Positions 58,539-64,000 of a stretch of 64,000 bases of DNA are shown one piece after another. The DNA is taken from the NCBI GenBank assembly GCA_050251055.1, contig JBFWNL010000013.1:1-64000 (forward strand). Direction: 5' to 3'. Under the pieces are notes generated by a model. It was not told where the DNA came from. It worked only from the letters and a program-made list of their open reading frames with translations, and made no database searches. Source of the stretch: Bacteriovoracia bacterium. GTDB lineage: Bacteria > Bdellovibrionota > UBA1018 > JBFWNL01. Numbering within the stretch: position 1 is the stretch's first letter; each line of letters starts with the position of its first letter. The position numbers and the translations under genes were made by a program.

Positions 58539-60545
58539 TCACCGGCAGATCGGGCCCATGAAGTTATGTCCACCCTGGTCGCCGGGCGGGTGGTAACTTT
58601 GGAACCCAATCATGATTTTGCCCGCCGGACAGGTCACTTCCTGCATTCCGTCGTTGTTAATATACACGCAGGCGCCCGCGACGCTCACGGCCGGATTCGC
58701 GCAGCCGCGACTGGTGGGGCCGCTGCCGGGCATATCCCGCCACTCGGCCAAGCCTTGGGAGTTAGCGGCGGTGAGCACGCGGCCGGATTGGGGTTGGCGA
58801 TCCGGGTCCTCCGACATGTGTTGAGCGTCGAAGGTGAGCATTCGCGAGTTCGTCTGAGTCGAATCGGCGCGAATGACTAAGCGACCGGCGCGCGAGCCGT
58901 TCGAAGCCGGCCCCAGATACATGTAGCCGGGGGCGTTGTTTGGATCGGCCGGGTGAAACAAGGCGACGCTTGCGTCGGAGTTTTGGCCTTTTACCGTTAT
59001 GTTGCGAGTGCGAAGCGACAGGTTTTCATTCGTCGCGCGATTCCAGAGCGAGACGAGGCTTAGGTTTGGATTGTCCGATCCCAATTCGATATCGCCCCCG
59101 TGACCGCGCACGTAACCTCGGTGCGCGCCGCCGCCGTTGGGATTGGCGACGTTGTGGCTGAAGCGAATTTCTCCGTCGGTCTGCAGCTCACCCGAAGTGG
59201 TGGCAGGGTTACTGGTGGGCGTGCCGCGGACCTGGAGCGTGGGCGCAAAAACCGGGTTGGCGCCCGTGCCGATGGCCAGGCGTCGGCGTATGGTCGCGTC
59301 CCCGTTTGAGTCCACCGTGAAGTTAGTTTGCGCGGCGGCGCCCGAGCCGCCGCTATGCGACTCAAAAGACATGCGTGAGCCAGTTTGGTTGGCGGTCCAG
59401 TTGTTGATCGCATCGACGTTGATTGCAAACGCGCGGTCCGAGCTTCCCGGCGTATTCATCGCCAAGGCCGGCGCGGGCGTCGTCTGGTTTCGGCCCGAGA
59501 ATGCGATCATACCCAAGCGATCGCCAGCCCGGGTCAGCGGGTTGCTATTGGTGCGCTCATTGCGCAGATTGAGGCGCGGATAAAACGTCGCCGCCGTACC
59601 CGTGGCCTTCAAGTCCAAAGCGTTATAAGAGTTCGGCACGGCTGGGTTATTTCCCATATCCTTGTGAAGCTTCATCTCCCCGCCCAAGGTCATGTCGCCC
59701 ATCACTGACATGCTGTTTTGAATGCCCAGCCAACCCGTGTCTCCCGGTAGATGGGCGCTGTGTAGGTTTTGGATCTGGGCCTGCGTGCCCGCGATCGCGA
59801 GCTTTGTCATGCGGCACTTCACGGGCGTCGCCGCGGCATCGTAAACTCCCCCGAAGTCCTGGCAAACCTGCGCGGCCGTCGTGCCGGTATCGTCCGGGCT
59901 GAGGCTTGCGTAGCAGCGCGTGATCGAGGCTTGGGAGTTGATGTTGCCCGCCGCGGGCGCCTGCACGGTCAGGTAAAATTCCTGCTGGTGGTCCCGGGCC
60001 CCAGCCACGCGCGTACCGGCGGGCGAGCGGTCTTGCCAGCTCACGGTCATGTGAACCATGGCCTGGCGGTGCGTGACGATCACGCCCGGGCTCGTTTCGA
60101 TGTCGATGTCGGGCAGGGTGACTCCCGGTTGAGCCACGAAGGCGATGGAAGTGGCGGTGAAGGCGTTGGCGTTGGGTTGCACGGTTAGCAGCGGCGAGCT
60201 GCCCACGCGAATTTGGTCGACGAACCCGGCGCGCGGGCTGGGACCGCCGGAGCCGAAGTTGAACGTCGCGCTGCCGTTGGCATAGCGTAAAGATCCGCCA
60301 CAGAGATCCGGCTTCGAGAGAACGTGCTGGATTTGCGAGGAAACGATGTTTTTCTCGCTGACCTGGCTGGATGCTTTCATCGCCCGGTGCGTGTTCGTCG
60401 TCATGGTCGCCGAATAAAGCGCCAAGCCTGCCATCAGGCCAGCCGCGACCAGGACCTCGATCAGCCCGAATCCGCCATTTTTTTGTAGAAAAACTTGCCG
60501 TGGAAATAAAGGCGAGAGCGTCCGCCCCCGAATGCCCCAAACCAT
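58539..60545 (-). CDS. Prepilin-anchored fibre/adhesin-like protein, paralogue B
   Basis: GG|FGLIEVLVAA; collinear with paralogue A; near-identical tip HPPGDQGGHN.MGPICR. Confidence 0.8.
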   Translation of the reverse strand: MVWGIRGRTLSPLFPRQVFLQKNGGFGLIEVLVAAGLMAGLALYSATMTTNTHRAMKASSQVSEKNIVSSQIQHVLSKPDLCGGSLRYANGSATFNFGSGGPSPRAGFVDQIRVGSSPLLTVQPNANAFTATSIAFVAQPGVTLPDIDIETSPGVIVTHRQAMVHMTVSWQDRSPAGTRVAGARDHQQEFYLTVQAPAAGNINSQASITRCYASLSPDDTGTTAAQVCQDFGGVYDAAATPVKCRMTKLAIAGTQAQIQNLHSAHLPGDTGWLGIQNSMSVMGDMTLGGEMKLHKDMGNNPAVPNSYNALDLKATGTAATFYPRLNLRNERTNSNPLTRAGDRLGMIAFSGRNQTTPAPALAMNTPGSSDRAFAINVDAINNWTANQTGSRMSFESHSGGSGAAAQTNFTVDSNGDATIRRRLAIGTGANPVFAPTLQVRGTPTSNPATTSGELQTDGEIRFSHNVANPNGGGAHRGYVRGHGGDIELGSDNPNLSLVSLWNRATNENLSLRTRNITVKGQNSDASVALFHPADPNNAPGYMYLGPASNGSRAGRLVIRADSTQTNSRMLTFDAQHMSEDPDRQPQSGRVLTAANSQGLAEWRDMPGSGPTSRGCANPAVSVAGACVYINNDGMQEVTCPAGKIMIGFQSYHPPGDQGGHNFMGPICR

Positions 60546-60577
60546 ACCAACCCCTTAATCCACTATCCCGTGCGCTT

Positions 60578-60609
60578 AGAATAGTCGCATTGACTTGGTG
60601 AGTCAAATT
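60578..60609 (-). promoter_or_regulatory. sigma70-type promoter with TTGAC-N7-GTCAA operator
   Basis: TTGACT-N17-TATTCT; AATTTGAC-TCACCAA-GTCAA. Confidence 0.65.
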
Positions 60610-60687
60610 TTATTCTGCGGGGGCAGGGTGAGAACCGACACAGGCGGAAGTTATCTGAAGGGCGAAACTCAGCTGAAATAGGCGAGA

Positions 60688-62595
60688 TTAGCGTCGCTCC
60701 AAGAGCGTATGCATCGTGCGCTCTTGTTCCGGCAGGCAAGCGCGTTCGGTCCACGGCCGGTCAATGAGATCAGCGAAACGTTGGCCACGGAAAGTCTCGT
60801 TACCGCATTGGCGAACCAAATCTTCTTTGTTGCGAACGGTGCTTCGGCCTCGATCGTCGTCCGGGAAAAGTCCCAATGCGTAACCACAGAGGCGACGCGC
60901 CCGCAGGTCCGAACCGCGTCGCAACTCTTGCGCGTCGGCACCGCTCCAGTTCACGAAACGGTTGCGTTGGTGCTTCACCAGATCCGCCAGGTTGAAATCC
61001 TTGAGCTGGTCCAACGATGAGCTGAAGGCTTCGACGGCGGAGATGTTGATTTCCACGGCGTCGGCGAGCTGGAGCTCCGCTCCGCTTTGGATCGCGGCGC
61101 CGGCTGGATTCGCCTGTCCGAGGATTTCCGTGAGCACGGCTTCATCCAGATTTTGATTCAACATTAAAGCCGAGGCCGCCTGGAAGCTCGCCATTTTAGC
61201 TTCCAGAAGCTGCTGGGCTTGGTCGTCTTGGCCGCGTACGGCTTCGTTCTCCGCGGCGAGCTTCGTGCGGATCGCGTCGGTGTAAAAACCGCTCACTTCT
61301 TGAAGCACGCTATCGAGGCGGCGATCGACCTGCCCCTTGCCGTTATCCGCCGCCTTAAAGCCGACATACTCGGACTGGATGGTGGCCACCATTTCTTGCC
61401 AGGCTTCGGCCGTAGCTCCCGCGGCCGCGTACTTGTCCATCGCTGACTTCAGCGCCGCTACCCGCTGGCGAGCCATGCTCACGGTACCGCGCCGAAGGTT
61501 TTGCTTGAATGAGCCTAGGCCCGCCTGGGCATCGATCTCCGTGCTGGCGGATTCGACGTAGTTCGAAAGGCGTTCGAGTCCATCGTACATTCGTTCCAGC
61601 TGGGTTTCGTTCGGTGGTGCGGTCACGATCGGGGCGATCTGGTCGCGTCCGACGGCCGTGGAAGTACCCGCCACCTGCGCGAGCTGCCCCATGAGGGGGC
61701 GGAAGTTCTTGGCCATCCAGACGTACTCACGTAACTCCGTGTTTTCGGCGGCGCATACCCCCGACTGCTGCAGGCTGCGAACTTGGTCACGCATCGCCTT
61801 GGCCCGACAATAACTACCCGTCAAGGTTTCCACCGCACAGCCCAAGGCCATTGGAGCGCGGGCGGCCCCGACTTTCTTGTAAACTTCCTTGAAGTCCATC
61901 TTGCGCATGGTGATCCCGACGGCTTGGATCAGTTGCGCGACGGCGGCCAGGGTCGCGCCGCTCGCGGCGATCATAGGATTGAACTGCGAGGCCATGATGA
62001 GGCCGGTCGTGGTGAGGGTCGTAATCACCTCGGGATTGTCCGCTCGGCAGCTGGCGAGCGCGCCCGTGTCGGAAGAGAGGGAGTTCATCACCCCGATTAG
62101 CCGGCCCGCGGCGGCCTGGCGAAACGCCGCCTCCTCGCGATCCACCTGCATGTCGGACATGATGAGCTGGCGACGGCGGTACTCGATTTCACTTTCGAGC
62201 TGACCTCGCAGGGGATCGTTCGCGGGAAGCGAGTTGATCGATGCGCGCAGCTCGCGAATCTGCAGGTTCAAGTCGGATACGGACTGACGAGAGTTTTGAA
62301 ACGCGGCGGAATCCTTCATGGCGGAATCGAGCTGCGTGGACATGCGCTGGAGTGAGTCGCGGCAAGCGCCGGTAACCTTGTCGACGAAGTTTTCCACCTT
62401 GCGCAGGTTCTGCAGGGCTTCTTGCACTTGGGAGGATTTCGTTAGTGAGCAGCCTTCGCCAAACTGATCCATCATGGCCCGGTTTTCCGGAGAATTTGGA
62501 TCGCAATCTCCCGCCGCGAGCAGGGTGACCCCCACTACGGCACCCAGGGTTTTCAGCACGGACCGGAGAAGCTGGCGAACGTTTTTCGAGTTCAC
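60688..62595 (-). CDS. Large alpha-helical exported protein / lipoprotein
   Basis: GTG 62595 overlaps the upstream stop; signal ending AGDC; coiled coils, paired Cys, central hydrophobic segment. Confidence 0.65.
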   Translation of the reverse strand: MNSKNVRQLLRSVLKTLGAVVGVTLLAAGDCDPNSPENRAMMDQFGEGCSLTKSSQVQEALQNLRKVENFVDKVTGACRDSLQRMSTQLDSAMKDSAAFQNSRQSVSDLNLQIRELRASINSLPANDPLRGQLESEIEYRRRQLIMSDMQVDREEAAFRQAAAGRLIGVMNSLSSDTGALASCRADNPEVITTLTTTGLIMASQFNPMIAASGATLAAVAQLIQAVGITMRKMDFKEVYKKVGAARAPMALGCAVETLTGSYCRAKAMRDQVRSLQQSGVCAAENTELREYVWMAKNFRPLMGQLAQVAGTSTAVGRDQIAPIVTAPPNETQLERMYDGLERLSNYVESASTEIDAQAGLGSFKQNLRRGTVSMARQRVAALKSAMDKYAAAGATAEAWQEMVATIQSEYVGFKAADNGKGQVDRRLDSVLQEVSGFYTDAIRTKLAAENEAVRGQDDQAQQLLEAKMASFQAASALMLNQNLDEAVLTEILGQANPAGAAIQSGAELQLADAVEINISAVEAFSSSLDQLKDFNLADLVKHQRNRFVNWSGADAQELRRGSDLRARRLCGYALGLFPDDDRGRSTVRNKEDLVRQCGNETFRGQRFADLIDRPWTERACLPEQERTMHTLLERR

Positions 62596-63107
62596 GTTTC
62601 CCCCGCTTCCGCCGGTAGGCCCTTCAGACGGAATTCGCCCAGAAGCTTCTTTGCGTGCTCGGCCGAGATGGGGCTTGAGGCCCGAATCAAAATCAGGTCG
62701 TCCTTGCCGTTCCACACCAGCTTTTCCGCGGTCCACGTCGGATGTTTCCCCGCGTGCTCGGCTTGGCGTTCGCACGTGTAGGCCGCGGCCTTGCCCAGGC
62801 GCCGGCATTGACTGCCCGTGGCTTTGCCGCCGGTCGCGCGGCTACTGGATTCGTATTCGTTCCAGTATCTCTTTACGCTCGTTTCGTTTGCGATCAGCGC
62901 GGGTTTGTCGTGACGGATAAAAACTTGTAAATCATCGTGCCGGGTCGTCTTGAGCAAGGCTCCGTTGACGGAAGGCAAGCGTGCCATCACCCAAGCAGTG
63001 TCGGAGTGGCTTGGCCATTCCACGCGAAGTTTAGGGCGCAGTTCGAGCTCACCGGCTCCGGCGAAAATTGAAAACAGCGAAAGCATCAAAATGATATAAG
63101 CAGCCAC
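62592..63107 (-). CDS. Secreted hypothetical protein
   Basis: Hydrophobic N-terminus; coupled to the downstream gene. Confidence 0.55.
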   Translation of the reverse strand: MAAYIILMLSLFSIFAGAGELELRPKLRVEWPSHSDTAWVMARLPSVNGALLKTTRHDDLQVFIRHDKPALIANETSVKRYWNEYESSSRATGGKATGSQCRRLGKAAAYTCERQAEHAGKHPTWTAEKLVWNGKDDLILIRASSPISAEHAKKLLGEFRLKGLPAEAGET

Positions 63108-63318
63108 CGATGCGGATCCTCTCTAGAATCTCATCGGCTTGGCGGGTTTTAGGGATGAGTTGAGTTTGATCGCCGACGCCCCGAAGGAGCGTCAAACGTC
63201 CGTCGCTTTTTCCGACGGAGGTGGGTCATTGCCGACTGGGGCAAAATGGAAAAATAGCGACTAGCGTCAGTCCGTCGCGTACCGAGGGTTGTTACTGGAA
63301 AGAATTGGGGGGCCATTC

Positions 63319-63678
63319 ATGAAATCCATTTTCAGTATCTTATTTGCCTTGTCGATCTTGCTCGGAACGAGTGGTTTCGCTCGTGCAGACGACGGCAATC
63401 CTTGGTTTCCGGGTAGCCACGTTGATCGCCTTCCGGAGCCCCAGGTGAACGATTCCGAAAACCCGCTGATGTTGTTGGTTTGCCTCTTTGAGGTGGCCGG
63501 CGCGCTGTCGGAAGCCTGTTCGGCGTTGGCGCCCAAGCCGACGCCGATGCCTCCTGATTGCCAATACGATCCGGCTACCGAGCAATGCACCGTATGCAAC
63601 GAAGGAGGCAACTTTTGCATCGATCGGCCTCTGTCGGAAGATCAATGCCGACAGCTCTGCACGGTCGCCGCGATGTAG
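63319..63678 (+). CDS. Small secreted Cys-rich protein
   Basis: Signal ending ARA; eight Cys in the mature part. Confidence 0.6.
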   Translation: MKSIFSILFALSILLGTSGFARADDGNPWFPGSHVDRLPEPQVNDSENPLMLLVCLFEVAGALSEACSALAPKPTPMPPDCQYDPATEQCTVCNEGGNFCIDRPLSEDQCRQLCTVAAM

Positions 63679-63679
63679 C

Positions 63680-64000
63680 TCAGTTTCCCTGAAAAAGTTC
63701 GATCAGATTTCCGGAAGGATCTTCGCATAGAATCTGCGAGCCACCGGGGCCTTGGACGATGTCGTTTCGGAACTTCACGTTTTGTTCGCGCATCCGCTCG
63801 ACGGTCGCCTGGAGATCCGTCACGGGAAACACGAAACGGTTCCAGCCGCCGGGTTCGGGCCGTCGTCCATCGGGCATGGGTTTCGCCGCCGAAGACGGGG
63901 GGCCGGCCAGCCAGAGCGTGAGGCCGTCGTGGGAGACGATCGCCATTGCCGGTCCAAACTGCTGCTCGAGTTGGAAGCCCAGCTGTTGCGTATAGAACTG
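63680..64000 (-). CDS. VOC/glyoxalase family protein (5' end outside the window)
   Basis: FYTQQLGF.., MPDGRRPEPGGWNR, GPGGSQILCEDPSGNLIELF; frame open to the window edge. Confidence 0.85.
   Translation of the reverse strand, partial: QFYTQQLGFQLEQQFGPAMAIVSHDGLTLWLAGPPSSAAKPMPDGRRPEPGGWNRFVFPVTDLQATVERMREQNVKFRNDIVQGPGGSQILCEDPSGNLIELFQGN

Noticed and set aside
56289-60545. Shufflon or diversity-generating retroelement acting on the tip genes
   Set aside because: No recombinase, reverse transcriptase, sfx-like repeats or silent cassettes seen; tip differences are not adenine-specific by eye

Overview
64-kb GC-rich bacterial chromosomal window. The gene repertoire (TIGR02147/DUF4423 protein, multiple prepilin-anchored fibre-like proteins, many secreted hydrolases) suggests a Bdellovibrionota-like organism; this is inference. 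Housekeeping content: truC, Nif3, zinc-ribbon protein, rnpB, speA, hppD, carB, a glycan cluster (Wzy_C ligase, 2x GT4, UDP-GlcA decarboxylase, cupin, ManC), an Flp/Tad pilin cassette, a CHASE2 cyclase plus cNMP-binding protein, and an imuA-imuB-dnaE2 cassette divergent from lexA. Standout: ORF 33013..34293 fuses a type IV prepilin-like N-terminal domain in frame to a complete tandem collagen IV NC1 (C4) domain with all 12 cysteines, a hallmark animal basement-membrane trimerisation domain, with no collagen helix. It is one of four prepilin-like genes in the window that share an N-terminal module but carry variable C-terminal tips. Three of the four share a sigma70-type promoter overlapped by a TTGAC-N7-GTCA palindrome. 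Also noted: a perfect 38-bp inverted repeat upstream of carB, a candidate LexA operator, and an amidoligase-like/papain-like fusion. All family calls come from motif recognition by eye; no searches were run.
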